Shown here one piece after another: positions 1-12,799 of a stretch of DNA of 64,000 bases; within the stretch, counting starts at the first letter, position 1, and each line of letters opens with the position of its first letter. A program made the translations under genes and the position numbers. Origin of the DNA: Camelus dromedarius (lineage: Eukaryota); assembly GCF_036321535.1 (NCBI RefSeq), contig NC_087436.1, forward strand, positions 79,486,001-79,550,000. The letters are read 5' to 3'. The notes below the pieces were generated by a model. That model was given only the letters and a program-made list of their open reading frames with translations. It was not told the DNA's origin and searched no databases.

Positions 1-1599
1 TTGGAAAACAGCCCATTGGTAGGTCAAGGATCAACTTCTATACATAAGCCTGTTATATCCATTTTTGGTCTGTAGTGGACTCTGATTTTCCTTAATCACT
101 GACCTAGAAAGCATACTTTACAGCTGGAGGATGGGAAAACTAGCATGATTTATAAATGGGCAGTTATTCCAAGAGTTCACTCAGCTCATTTAGAGTTAAT
201 TATATTTGAGATGGTTTTAACTTCAGCCTCCATTTCTTTTAACAGGCCTTTCATAGCTGGTATTATTTATGTACCAGTGACTTTCTCAAGGCGGGGGGGG
301 GGGCACAGGCAACTTGTGAAATTCATCTCTTGCATTAGAGATAATTGTTCTAATTTTATTTTCATCCAAGCATGAACCTTGTTGGGTTTACCAAAGCATT
401 TGATGTAAGGACAAAGTTCAAATGTTTATGGCTTTCCTTTTTTGAAGCTGCTTTCTGGAACAAAAGGAAGTATTTCTTAGAATCAGAGTTTTACCAATTT
501 AAGAACTGTAGGTTGCTCTGAAGAATCAGGGTTTATTTATTAATAATAACAGATTTCCTTAATGATGATAAAAACCAATATCAAAATTGTCTGTACTAGT
601 TAAATCTGGTATGTATTTGTATCTATATTTTGAAGACTGTTGGTCTACTTAGGAATAAATTTTGGTGTCAAAAGAGATATTTCCTCTTTTTTTCCTAACA
701 TGTACTTTGATGCCTGATACATAGTGAGTGTCCCTTATGTGTTGATTGAATTGAGTATCTTTTGCTGTTAGAAGATTATATTTAGGGTGAATTGAATCAG
801 TGTTTCTGACCCTTAATAGTCAATATATTTCAAGAAGGAAGTAACATTACATATTCAGTAGTACTTCTTTTGACATTTAATTTTATAATACCTGATTGCA
901 GATTTTGTGTGCCTTACTAACGCACTCTTAAGCTGGTGCCTGCTCTCTTACAACATAGATCTTCATTTTAGGAACAACTGTCAGTTCCATGTAACTTGTT
1001 TTTTCTTTTGTTCTAGCATGTGTGTAGCCACCGCCTAATGTAATAAATAAAACTTCACAAAACAAATTCTGTTTATCCCTCCCTGATTCCATTGCCCTGC
1101 CAATCCCTGAAACTACTCCTCTGATTTTGATGTTTATTATTTTTATGCATATTTCGTACTTCTCCTGTATATGTCTGTACCCTTAGACAATACATAGTAT
1201 TTATTGCTTTACATTATTCAGTATCACCTTTCATAGATTATTCTGAATTGTTTATTCTGATGTTTGTGAATTATCTAAGTTGGTAAATGTTTAGTTAATT
1301 TCTTTTAACTGCTGTGTAGTATACACTTCATATATCCATTTAAAAAAATTATGAGCTACCATTTATTTACTTTTTGAGGTGTAGTTGACATATAACATTA
1401 TATTAGTTTCAGGTGTATAGTATAATGATTTGATATTTGTATATACTGCTATATATCTACCTATGGAATGGACCTTTGTATTGATTCCACTGCTTTGCTA
1501 TTGTAAACAGTATGGCAAGATGGTGTTCTTATGTATGTCTACTTGTACACAATTTTATAAGAATCTCTCTAGAATATAAGGGAAAAGCGCTTCCTTAAA

Positions 1600-2520
1600 G
1601 TGGAATCCCAAATAATAAATGTGAAGGGAACGAAGGAGGGAGAAAATACTATTTTAAAAGAAACATAGTGCCAGTTTATTCAGGCAAGGCCATCAGTAGC
1701 TGCTAATACCATGGGACAAAAGTGTGAGGAGCAGGATATTTCCATAGTCTTAAAGTATCTCCTCTTTATGGATACTTGCAGGTAATAATTATCTAGTAAT
1801 CAAAAACAGGAAAAGAGTAACTTCACAGTGGACAAACCCTGTAAGCACTGACTACCTCAAACCAAGTGATAAGAGTTAAACATCACCATTGATGGGACAG
1901 TCTGACATCTGTGCCTACCCAGGTGATGCACTGAGAAGGATACAGCATCACTTACATAGTAGTCCTGCCCACAGTGTACAACCCGCATCTGATCGTGAAG
2001 AGACATCAGATTAATCCAAATTCAGAGACATTCTACAAAATAAAAGGCTTGTACTCTTAAGCTATGTCATTATCTTAAAAAACAAAGAAAGGCTGAGGAG
2101 CCGTTTCATAAAATAGGAAACTAAAAAGGTGACATGGAAAGGTAATGTACAATCCTGGGTTGAACCCTAGACCAGAAAAAAATGCTATGAAAGATATTAT
2201 TGGAATCATTGTCAGAATTTGAATAAGGTGTGTAGATTAGATACTAGTATTGCAGTAATGTCAATTACCTGATTTTGATAATTGTACTGTGGTTAAATGA
2301 GTGAAGCTCAGTATCTTAAGGAAATCCATGCTGAAATATTTGAGGGTAAAAGGCATAGTGTCTGCAATTTATTTTCAAGTGGTTCAGGAAAAAAATACTG
2401 TTTTTACATACAGAGATACAATGGTAAAGCAGCTGTGACAAAATGTTGGCAATTCGTGGATCTGGGTAAAGTGAACTATTGTTGCAACTTTTCTGTATAT
2501 TTGAAATTATTAAGCAAAAA
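1600..2520 (+). mobile_element. Old L1M (L1MC/L1ME-like) 3' region
   Basis: Recalled L1M 3' UTR motifs (aacttcacagtggacaaaccctg, gatgcactgagaagga, cctgattttgataattgtactgtggtta). Boundaries approximate. Confidence 0.6.
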
Positions 2521-2782
2521 ACCTTCCTGAGGTATGCCTGGGAGTAGAATTGCTGTGGGCTATGAATATTTAAATTTACTAGGCAGTGCCAAATTGTTTT
2601 CCAGTGTGGTTGTGCTTATTACATGTCCATTGTCTCAAATCTTTACCCACACTTATTCAGTTAAAATTTTTTTATTTTCGTAGGTATGAAATAGTATGTC
2701 ATTGTGGTTTTAGTTTGCATTTCTCTGATTATAGTAAAGTTGAACATTTTAAAAAATGTTTATTTAAAAGTAAGTCATTAAG

Positions 2783-3475
2783 GACAATATGGAGGTTCCT
2801 TGAAAAACTAAAAACGGACTTATCATATGATCCAGCAGTCCCACTCCTGGGCATATATCTGTAGAAAACTATAATTCAAAAAGATACATGCACCCCAGTG
2901 TTTACAGCAGCACTATTTACAATAGCCAAGACATGGAAACAACCTAAATGTCCACTGACAGATGGATAAATAAAGGAGATGTGAGATATATATATATATA
3001 TATATGATGGAATACTACTCAGCCATAAAAAAGAATGAAACAATGCCATTTGCAGCACATAGATGGACCTAGAGATTATCATATTATGTGAAGTAAGTCA
3101 GACAGAGAAGGACATTTATCATATGATGTGGTTTGTATGTGTGTGGAATTGAAAAAAAAAAGATACAGATTTACAAACTGGTAATAGACTCACAGATGTA
3201 GAAAACAAACTAGTTACCAGGGGCAAGGGGGGAGGAGTGGGTAGATTAAGAATTTGGGATTAGCAGATTCACATTACTATATATAAAATAGATAGACAAC
3301 AAGGACCTACTGTATAACACAGGGAACTTTATTCAGTTTTTTTGTAATGAGCTGTAATGGAAAAGAAACTGAAAAAATATTTATGTATGTCTGTATATGT
3401 ATAACTGAATTGCTTTGCTGTACACCTGAAATTAACATTGTAAATCAACTACACTTCAATAAAAAAATGAAAAAA
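2783..3475 (+). mobile_element. 5'-truncated LINE-1 3' end with target-site duplication (TSD)
   Basis: ORF2 C-terminal remnant (WRFLEKLKTDLSYDPAVPLLGIY), 3' UTR and A-tail. Flanked by taaaagtaagtcattaag at 2765-2782 and 3476-3493. Confidence 0.92.
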
Positions 3476-5882
3476 TAAAAGTAAGTCATTAAGACTTACT
3501 CTTTTTATGAATTGCTTGTCATATACTTAGCCATTTTTTAACGGAGTTCTTTGAAGACTTTTCCTTATTAATTTTTTGTATGTTTTAATATATTCTGGAA
3601 ATGAATCTTTTGTCAATTAGATGCATTGTTGTTTTCCACATACTTTTGGAAGAAGCTTAAGGAAAATATAAAATTGAATTATATTTTATTTGAGTTACAC
3701 AGAATAAAGTAGGTCAGGGGCAAAGAAAACATTGCACATCAAGTGTGCAGGGGCCAAGGGGCTGGCTTCTCTTTACAGATTTCTTCTCTCCTGGCTCAGT
3801 TAAATAATGTGAGGCAACTTGAACTTGTATTCTTACCTCTGGTCCCTCTGAAAAAGGTTAATTTTGGAAGGGCTGTCTCCTGTCTCCAGTGTGTTTCATT
3901 TAGAGATTTCCTGAAGAACTGTTCTTCCCTCCCCTTCTAGACTTAAAAAAAAAATCTCCATTGCTAAATAATGAAACTCTTGCACTGCTAAATATTGGCC
4001 AGTGCTTGGATTGCGTAAGCTGCTCCGAGTGGTACTGCAGTACCTACGGAGCCAAAGGGTAATTCAGTAGCAACACTTTCTGGTTCCTTCTCTAATGTGG
4101 ATCAAATCCTTTTCAGAGATGAAGAAAGGTTAAACCACTTGGAGTGCACTACTGAAAAAGATAATCTGATGAGCATTCACAAACTTAACTTTATTGCTTG
4201 CTTTCTTAAGGTGATTAGGTATTAGCTTTGCATGTGGGCAAAAACAAACACACCAAAACCCACCCAAAAACCCCAAAGTAAAATCAGAAAACTTTAGTCT
4301 TCCTTCCCAAGGATATTAAATACATTCTCAACCCCAGCCCCATTTTATAAGGGAAGACACCACGTTAGGTGACTTACCTGTTACCCACACTCATGGAGCT
4401 AGCTGGTAATGGTCCTAACAGAAGTTGACTATGGATTCCAGATCCTCTTTACTTTCTACTCCAGTGCATACGCTGCTATTCCTTCAAAAAAAAAAAAAAA
4501 AAAAAAAAAAGGATATATTATAGCTCTTTCTATGGATGCACACCCAGGTTCTCCAGAGGATAGATAATAGCACTCTCCTCACTGATTTCTTAGTAAACTG
4601 AAAAGTGAGAAAATCAAAGAAGATCTTTCAGGAAATTTAACATCTTAAGTCTTGATTTTTCTAATGTGGGACGTGAATTCCTCTGTGATACACCCCAGAG
4701 GGACAGATGGACAGCCATATCACTGGCATATAGCTACTTTTTATTCTTTGAAGATCTTCTCATCTATTATTTTTATTTAGTGATTAGAACTGGATGGCAG
4801 AAGTCATTTTTCGATTTACCCAAGTTATGCTACTTTAAAAATCTTTGAATTATTTTCAGTATGGAAAATACAGTAACAGTATAAAGAGGAAAAGTCGTCT
4901 TCTTGCCCAGAGATAACCACTTAATGTTTCCTTTTTGACATTTTTACTGTGTATGTATTTCATAGAGTTAAGAATAAACCATAGTTTTGGATCCTGGCTT
5001 TTTTCACTTAACATTACAGTGTTTATTAATGGGTGCACTGTATCTCACTGTCTGGATTGACTACAATAGAAAATACTACAGTGAACACTGTTGCCTACAT
5101 TTCTGACTATCTTCTAATGTCAGAGTCCTAGAATTGGAATTATTGAATAATCAGCAAAACTATTTTTAGCCTCTTCATGCCAAACAGATTTTGACAGAGC
5201 TGCTCCGAGTTCCACACACATACAAATTGAATATGAGAGTACCTGTATCATTTCTGTCTTTGAACTTCATCATTAAACAAAAATGTTGCTGATTTGTTCA
5301 TGTAAATAGGCTAGTCTTTGTCTAATTCAGGTTTCTTTGATTATTAGTAAAAAAGGCTTGGATATATTTATTAACTAATGTTGTTTCTATAAATCCAGTT
5401 CATGAACTTTGCCAACTTTTTTGCGGGAGCTGTGTTTTTCTTATTAAATAGTTTTTACATACTGAAAACACCAATCTTCCGCCATTTGTGATAAATAAGT
5501 ACCTTTGACCATTTTGCTTGCTTTTTGGCTTTATAGATTTTATCTGTGGCGAACATAAATCTTTGTTTTTACACAGTCTAGATCTAAACTTGGGGAGAGT
5601 TTGTTTCTGTGAGTTCTTTTGCTAATGGTATATAGGGAGTAAATGCAGGCAGGAGGGTTATTGAGGACTAAATTCCTCCATAATGAGTTGAGATCATTGG
5701 GTACAAGCCATTTCAGGCAAACTCTTTTCCCACTGCTGTTGGCTTGTCTTTTATTTCTGAAATCTGCTTCATGTTACCCATTAAATGTATTTGTCTTCAT
5801 TCAGCACAGTTAAAATAACCTCTTTGGTCAGTTGTTCCTCTGTCCTGTGGCATTTTCTCATGTCCTGATGCTTTCTTTTAAG

Positions 5883-6153
5883 GTATTATCCAAAGAGATG
5901 AGTCACCCATGGAAAAAGGGCTCTCTGGTCTGCGAGGAAGGGACTTTGAGCTGTCTGACGTGTTTTATTTCTCCAAGAAGGGATTGGAAGCCATTGTGGA
6001 AGACGAGGTGACCCAGAGGTTCTCCTCAGAGGAGCTAGTGTCATGGAATCTCCTCACAAGGACCAATGTAAATTTCCAGTACATCAGTCCGCGGCTCACC
6101 GTGGTATGGGTGCTGGGCGTCCTAGTGCGCTACTGTATCCTACTACCTCTGAG
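5883..6153 (+). CDS. GPAT3: GPAT3 coding exon (probably exon 3, 271 nt)
   Basis: tttttaag|GT ATT ATC CAA... encodes (G)IIQRDESPMEKGLSGLRGRDFELSDVFYFSKKGLEAIVEDEVTQRFSSEELVSWNLLTRTN...YCILLPLR, which matches recalled GPAT3. Donor is AG|gtatgt. Confidence 0.97.
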
Positions 6154-6196
6154 GTATGTCTCCTCCCAGGAATTTGATGGTATAATTGGTTCAGCT

Positions 6197-6275
6197 TTTT
6201 TTTTTTTCCAAATTTTTTTAACTGAAGTATAGTTGGTATACAGTGCTATATGTTTCAGATATACAGCAAAGTGAG
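6197..6275 (-). mobile_element. Very short L1 3'-end fragment
   Basis: Poly-T followed by aactgaagtatagttg...tttcagatatacagcaaagtga, the same terminus as the L1 at 12800. Confidence 0.7.
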
Positions 6276-7649
6276 CAGCTTTCTTTTTAATCCATGTATG
6301 TAATGGCCATATGATAGTATTACTGGGATTAATCCCACCTACTATGTATTAATCTGGACCCATGTCACGCTTTCAGTCATAGTTTGAAGATGGATAGAAA
6401 AGGGAAGTTAGAAAAAAGAAGAGAGGATTTGCAGTTTCAGTCACCAGAGTGTCAACCAAACTCTCTGCTGTTCTGTAGCCGTTCATGGCCGCACAGGAAA
6501 GAAAAAAATTCCTGGGAGTGGTTATCACATGGGAGAGAGAAGTTCAGAAGAGTGAATTGGTTGCATCCAATTTCATCATGGTCACTCACCTTCCTTATTG
6601 AAAGTTCCCCAGTTGGGTCCCCTTTTGGTTCTAAGTCTGTGTGCCACCTCACGAGGAGGTACCCTCAAAGCCCAGAACCACAGTTTGGAACACAGGTAGC
6701 AGAGGTGACAGTGGCAGCGGGGTGAAGTGGTGAAGGTCTGTCTAGCACGGTGGTGGCAGGTAGTAGGCACGTGGGCCAGTCGCGATATTGCTGCTCATTG
6801 TCTTGCTTCATTGCCCCGGACATGGCCGTGGTGTGCTCTCCATGGAGGTTTCCGGGCAGTTGCTATCCACCAACTAAAATTGGCACATGGGTTGAAGCCT
6901 CTTTACCATCCCTAGGATGGCCTGTACTTGCCTCATGCGGATTTATTACAGGAGAGGAGATTGCTTAAGTAGGTAAAGGCACATTTCTGAGGAGCTCTTT
7001 CTGTTTTCTTGTGCTCGTGTTGCCAGAGTCTGATGCCAGGGCATGGTATGTCTTTTGGGAATCATTTCAGCTGTGATAACAAAGTGAAATTTGGATACAT
7101 TTTTGCTTGATCATTATGCCAGTGTTCCCAAAGTGGGGTTCATGTGCTCTGGGGATGCACAAGACTAGCCATTGGTATGTAGGAAGGAAATATTTGAGCT
7201 TTTATTTATTAGCATTTTCTAGTCTTTTTATAACTCTATTTTCATGCTTATAAAGAAATGAAACATCAGTAAAGTGGAATATCTAGGTGGACTCTTAAAT
7301 CTTCACTTGGGTTAGGCACCGTATCCAAGGCAACCTGAGGGCAGAGAGAGGATTTTACAACCCGGAGTACTTGAGATGTCCTTATTAGTTGGTTAGCTCT
7401 CCTCACCTGCTGTGGGTGCCCAGCAAAGAGTGTTACGATTCTGTTATCTAGTTTAAACTGACGTTCACAAAATAGACATGATTCTTGCAAAGATACCACA
7501 GATTTAGGACAATCCAGTAATGTAAGCACCCAAGAACAAGAAGACAATGGCAAAACTGACACTCCGACGGGTAGTATATACTCTTCGATGTGGAAGAATT
7601 GCTTTGTAAATGCTTTTTAAAGGAGACAGTTGCTACAAAGTGAGCATTT

Positions 7650-7778
7650 AAAAACAGATTGTGCTGAAATTGATTTTAGTGATGGTTGCACAACTCTGTG
7701 AATATGCCAAAAACTGTTGAATTATACACTTTAAGTGGGTGAATTGTATGACATGGATTTTAATCTCAGTAAAGCTCT
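7650..7778 (+). mobile_element. Old L1 (L1MB/MC-like) 3' terminal fragment
   Basis: gtgatggttgcacaactctgtgaatat...tacactttaagtgggtgaattgtatg...ctcagtaaagct. Confidence 0.7.
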
Positions 7779-8789
7779 TAAGCAGAACAGACTGTGGCAG
7801 AAAACTTGTGTCTTCCGTGAGATCTCTCATGTTGGCTTAAACTGGAAAACAAGAGTTTCCTGGCCTGTTAATTTAGCAAATAAAAATGTTCAATGGTTTT
7901 GAACCTAGTTGTTAAACATGGTAAAATGTAACCTCTTCTGATTTAATGTGTAGGAACAAGTTATTCTCATTAGGACAAGATGGCATTATTTTAAAACATT
8001 TGCGTAATTGATGGATGAAATTAAGCAGTCATTTAGTTATTGCATTACTGTCTGACATGAAAATATGGCATCTAAAGAAAACTGAAATGAACCTTCAGAT
8101 TGCTGGCATAGGTGTTAAACCAAGACTTTCACAAGGTTAAACACCTTAAATTATGAGATACTGTTTATTTTGAAAGTTTTAAAATCTCACCCTTTTCTTT
8201 TTGAATAATCCTATTTACATCTTTAAAAATGACTTTTCTTTTTGAGTGATTAGCACATATATTAAGATTACTTTTCAAAAATGAGAAGGTGAAGTTTAGA
8301 GGTGTTGTTAGTCATCTTGGTAACTAACTTACGAGTTAGATTGAAACACACAAAGGTTAGATTTGCATGGAAGAATTCCTACATGGTGATATAATTTGGT
8401 GTTCTTATTATGATAGAGCCTTTATAAGTAAAACTTTCTTGCCATTTGCTGTAAATTTTAAATCCTTTTGAGAAGAAGTTGAATTGCACTCTTTTGCCTC
8501 GTCATTAAAAAACACAGAAAAATAAGTTACTTTCAGACCTTTGCAAGATATTTCCTTTTATAGTAATACCACTCCACACCAAAATATCCCATCAGAATAA
8601 CTACTTTCAACCTAAATGACTCCTTTGTACAACATAAAATTCTTATATTATACAAGATGTTAATATGTGTGTATTTAAAAATTAAAAAAAAAATTCAGAA
8701 AAGCAGAAGGGCAAGACTTTTAATTTATTCTCTTCACTAGCCCGCTTTAACCCTTTGATGTTTCCATAGATTGAACTTTACAGTTTTGT

Positions 8790-8865
8790 TTGTTTTGGGG
8801 GGGGTTCTTTTCTTTTCTTTTCTTTTCTTTTCTTTTCTTTTCTTTTCTTTTCTTTTCTTTTCTTT

Positions 8866-8940
<75 letters not shown>

Positions 8941-8947
8941 CTTTCTT

Positions 8948-8988
<41 letters not shown>

Positions 8989-9067
8989 TAATGGAGGTAC
9001 TAGGGATTGAATCAGGATCTTGTGCATGGTAAGCATGCACTCTACCACTGAGCTATACCCACCCCCC
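8790..9067 (-). mobile_element. tRNA-derived SINE (vic-1-like) with an expanded microsatellite in its tail
   Basis: Reverse complement of ggggggtgggtatagctcagtggtagagtgcatgcttacc...cctagtacctccatt. Imperfect TSD at 8771-8789 and 9068-9086. Confidence 0.88.
8805..8987. repeat. Compound microsatellite (TTTTC)n(TTTC)n(TATC)n
   Basis: Directly visible tandem arrays. Confidence 0.97.
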
Positions 9068-9267
9068 TTGAACTTGGCAGCTTTGTGAACAAATTTCCAG
9101 GCCTGCTCTATGTGTCTATGGACTAGTTACGTGCTTGCTGTTCTACTGAAAATGCTATTATACTCTACACATTCTTTTGAAACTTACTTTGCTTTCTTTT
9201 CTCTCAAAATGTACCAAAAACTGTTCTCCCACGTCAGAATCTACAGATTTGCCCAGTTCTTTCAATG

Positions 9268-9761
9268 TGCCGACTGAAACAAACGCGCAGCCTTAAAGTT
9301 AAAAGTTATGTTTTATTTGGCGGGAGGACTCGAGCTGGGATGACAGCCTCTCAGATGGTTCTGAGGGACTTCTCTGAAGAGGTAGGGGAGGAGCTAGGAT
9401 ATATAGGAGCTTTACAACAAAGACCAGGTAGTTGGAACAATAAAAGATTACTTGTTATCTAAAGAAAACCAGGCATCTCAAGTTAAAGAATTTAGTGCTT
9501 TTCTATGTATGGGAGGAAGCAAACATTTGGGCTCACTGAATTCATTCCTTTGACAAGCACCTAGCTATCTAGGGCCAGTATCCTGTCCTTTCTTATTCTG
9601 AGTCCGCTCGGAGTGCACCTTTGTGAGTGGCTGCAGAGGCTGGGCTGCAGGCCTGTCCTCACTGGGGGGTGGCCGCAGCCGCTGATGACTTGGTTTCAGC
9701 ATTCTTTGTTTACTGATATGTTTGCAGTATTTTCATTCACATTGGAGTATTTTCGTTCGCA
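9268..9761 (-). mobile_element. Solo LTR (ERV1-class)
   Basis: TG...CA termini and 4-bp TSD AATG (9264-9267, 9762-9765). On the minus strand, a TATA-like TATATA (9400-9405) precedes AATAAA (9312-9317). Confidence 0.8.
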
Positions 9762-9897
9762 AATGGCTGTATCATATTCCATAGCGTGAATGCTCTACCA
9801 CTTTTTTACAGTTTCATTATTTACAAACTTTATGTTCTTTCCCTTTCTGCCATCCTGTTCAGCTAGCTTTTGCATTACCTTTTCTTTTCTTTTTCAG

Positions 9898-9972
9898 GGT
9901 TACCTTGGCTTTCATTGGGATCGGTTTGTTGGTTATGGGAACCACGTTGGTTGGACAGCTGCCAGAGAGCAG
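9898..9972 (+). CDS. GPAT3: GPAT3 coding exon (probably exon 4, 75 nt), hydrophobic segment
   Basis: Polypyrimidine tract then cag|G GTT ACC TTG, giving VTLAFIGIGLLVMGTTLVGQLPES. Donor is AG|gtgaaa. Phase continues from the previous exon. Confidence 0.96.
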
Positions 9973-10639
9973 GTGAAATATTTCCTTCCTCCCAGCCATT
10001 AATAGGATTGTCCGTTTTCTTAGCTGTGTCCACAAAGAGAATATTTGTTTCTTTTTAAAAATTTTTGGTATATTCTTCATGTTTTTTATTTTGAATCAAT
10101 ACATAGCTGTGTTATATTGTAACCTAATGATTGCTATATAACCAAGTACTTGCTTTTTCTTTTAAATGGGGGGAGGTGAGAGTATTTGTTTCATTCCTAT
10201 GTACTGCATCAAAGTGATGGCCTTGGCACGTGTATTAAAATGTTGCTCAATTCATCTTCGTAGTCTTCAATTATTTGATTTCCCATCATGCCTTCATATA
10301 AATTGAAAGAAGTTGTTTTTTCAAAGGAGAAAAGATGAGAAGAAAGAAAATAGATTAAGGAACTCAAGGAAAGCAAGCGAGTCTTACAGTATTGTCAAGC
10401 TCGTAGGGCCAAGACCAAAGACGCTTCAGCTTGTCTTGGTCAGGAATGGAGACTGACAGTCTGGTAGGGTGGGAGCTTTCTTCCATTAGAGTTTTGTCCT
10501 CCAAGAGACTTAGGAATCGAACTGTGCTTTTACTTCAGAACACAATAGGCTGTTGTGAAGGAGCACATAAAAGCTTCTATTATATTGTTTTTTGGGGGTG
10601 CCCGGAGCTGCACAATGAAATATTTTCTCTTTCTTTCAG

Positions 10640-10729
10640 CCTCAAAAACTGGCTGAGTGAACTGGTTCACCTGACTTGCTGCAGAATCTGTGTTCGTGCC
10701 CTCTCTGGTACCATTCATTATCATAACAA
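10640..10729 (+). CDS. GPAT3: GPAT3 coding exon (probably exon 5, 90 nt)
   Basis: ttctttcag|C CTC AAA AAC gives SLKNWLSELVHLTCCRICVRALSGTIHYHNK. Donor is AA|gtgagt. Confidence 0.96.
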
Positions 10730-11763
10730 GTGAGTGGGTGCTGACTTCCAGCCTGCCTCTCTCTGGGTAAATCCAGCCTGTGATTGACAGCCGTGGGTGG
10801 GAGGGAGCAGGTGAAAGAGGAGTACTTCCTGTGTGCTCATCCCTTCTGCTTAGTGTCACACACATAGCAGGGCACAAAAACACTTTTCAAAAGCAATCCA
10901 TTTGCAGAGGGAACATAATAATAAACATGCAATGACACTAAATAATTGGGCATTTATGGTGTGCAGGCCAGGTGTGTGCTTCTCATCTGCCATCCCATTC
11001 AGAGAGGCGCTGTTTTCCTGTTTCATGGGTAAAGAAATGAGAGCTCTGGGACTGGTTGTCTAGGGTCACATGGCTAGTAAGTAGCAGAGCCAGGTTTTGC
11101 ACTGGGTTGATTTAAAAATTTCTAAATGGTGAAATAAATGAGCCTGTAGGATGGGAGAAAGAGGACTGAACTTGGTAGGAGTCCTGAGACCTGGTTTCTA
11201 GTCTCAGCCCTGTGACTTATAAAATTCCATAACTGAGCCTTAAAACAGAACAAAGAGGTTAAAGGAAGTAAGTGAAGTTATTAGCTACATGAAAGTCATT
11301 TTGATTGTTTTTGAGTTACTCTTCTGTTAACTCAATTTTATTTTTTTATATTTAACATCATTGTTTTAAAAGTCCTAGGACAAGCCTCTCTTTTTTACTG
11401 GCTGGATCTTTCTGTCTCTTTTCTAGAAGGGACACATTTCATCATTTGGCTTTACTGTGTGTTACCAATGTAAAAAGGCCACTTAAATTTCGAAAGTTAT
11501 ATGATTTTGTGATTGGGCTATGAATTTTTTTGGTGGGGAGCAGAATAAAATTGGTAAAATTTGGTAAAATTGTTATCAGAGGTGATATCTTCTACAGAAG
11601 AGGTGCTTTAGTTACATAGAGAGGAGTTCACAACAGAATTGCTTCTAATTTTCAGGAAAGCATGTCAAAGTTGTTCTGCATGTGGCTCCCTTTCTTCTCA
11701 GTATAGGCCCAAGGAAAACTGCTTTGCTTCATCAGTGTCAAATACTGTTTGTTAACTTTAGGA

Positions 11764-11989
11764 CAGAGGTCAGCAAATTACACTATGGGCCTGTAGGCCA
11801 AATGTGGCCTGCTATCTGGTTTTTGTAAATAAAGTTGTATTGGAATACAGCCTTGCTCATTCATCTACATGTTATCTATGGCTTCCTTTGTGCCAAACAG
11901 CAGAGTCCAGGAGTTTTGACAGAGATTGGCTGGCTTGCAAAGCCTGAAGTATTATCTGGCCTGCGATAGGAAAAGTTTGCCAACTTCTG
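11764..11989. mobile_element. MER58-like hAT-Charlie non-autonomous DNA transposon
   Basis: Terminal inverted repeats cagaggtcagcaaa and tttgccaacttctg. Internal tttgtaaataaagtt...ttggaatacagcc. Imperfect 8-bp TSD ctttagga/ccttaggg. Confidence 0.85.
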
Positions 11990-12440
11990 CCTTAGGGTGA
12001 TAAGAGGGAGGGAACGATAGTAAATTTACTCTGTGAATCCCAATGAAGCCACTAAAAGTGATGCATATGAAGACTGAAATAATATGAAAATATTTATGAT
12101 TAAATAAGTAAAACTTACGTATCATAAAATTGATTAAACTTATAGAATCTTTGTAATTAAGTCTAATATTTTAAAATTATTTCTTCATTGTAGAAGGACT
12201 CTATGATCATTACAAAAAAAGCAACATAAATATATGTAAAAGGGAAATCATGAGTCATTTCACCTGTACTCTTAGCCTCCTCCCATCGTACTGCCTAGAG
12301 ACATCCTTTTTAAGATGGGCCCATCTTACTTTCTGTTTTTAGTGTACTTTTTAAAACAAAACAGGATGAATTTCTACATGCCATTCTGCAAAACAGTGAC
12401 TCTTTCAAGTTTGAGTATGTACTATTGTTTGTAATTGCAG

Positions 12441-12534
12441 GCAGTACAAACCTCAGAAGGGAGGCATTTGTGTTGCCAACCACACATCCCCGATAGATGT
12501 TTTGATCTTGACAATGGATGGGTGCTATGCTATG
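12441..12534 (+). CDS. GPAT3: GPAT3 coding exon (probably exon 6, 94 nt), catalytic HxxxxD motif
   Basis: ttgcag|G CAG TAC gives QYKPQKGGICVANHTSPIDVLILTMDGCYAM, with HTSPID at 12481-12498. Donor is ATG|gtaaga. Confidence 0.97.
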
Positions 12535-12799
12535 GTAAGAGCAGCTCATTGATGTTTCAAGTAATTGCATGCATTATGGACTGTTCAAACTTCTATTTTA
12601 TTTTGGCACAAATTAGAAAGTTACTTTTATATTAGAAAGTGACTGGATTATATACTACTGTAGCTATGTAAGTTATGTAATATATTTACATGAGGAATAT
12701 ATAGTGCAAGAAAAAGAAAGAAAATTATATTTTTCTTTATAGTTAGGGTAGTAAGAAGTTAATTGACTGAAATGTAGACATGTGAGCTTGATAGGACTT

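Noticed and set aside
1..5882. GPAT3 exons 1-2 or a promoter CpG island
   Set aside because: No match to the expected N-terminal peptide and no CpG island. This stretch is intronic.
8771..9032. Phe/Ser/Leu-rich ORFs as membrane proteins
   Set aside because: They are translations of the microsatellite.
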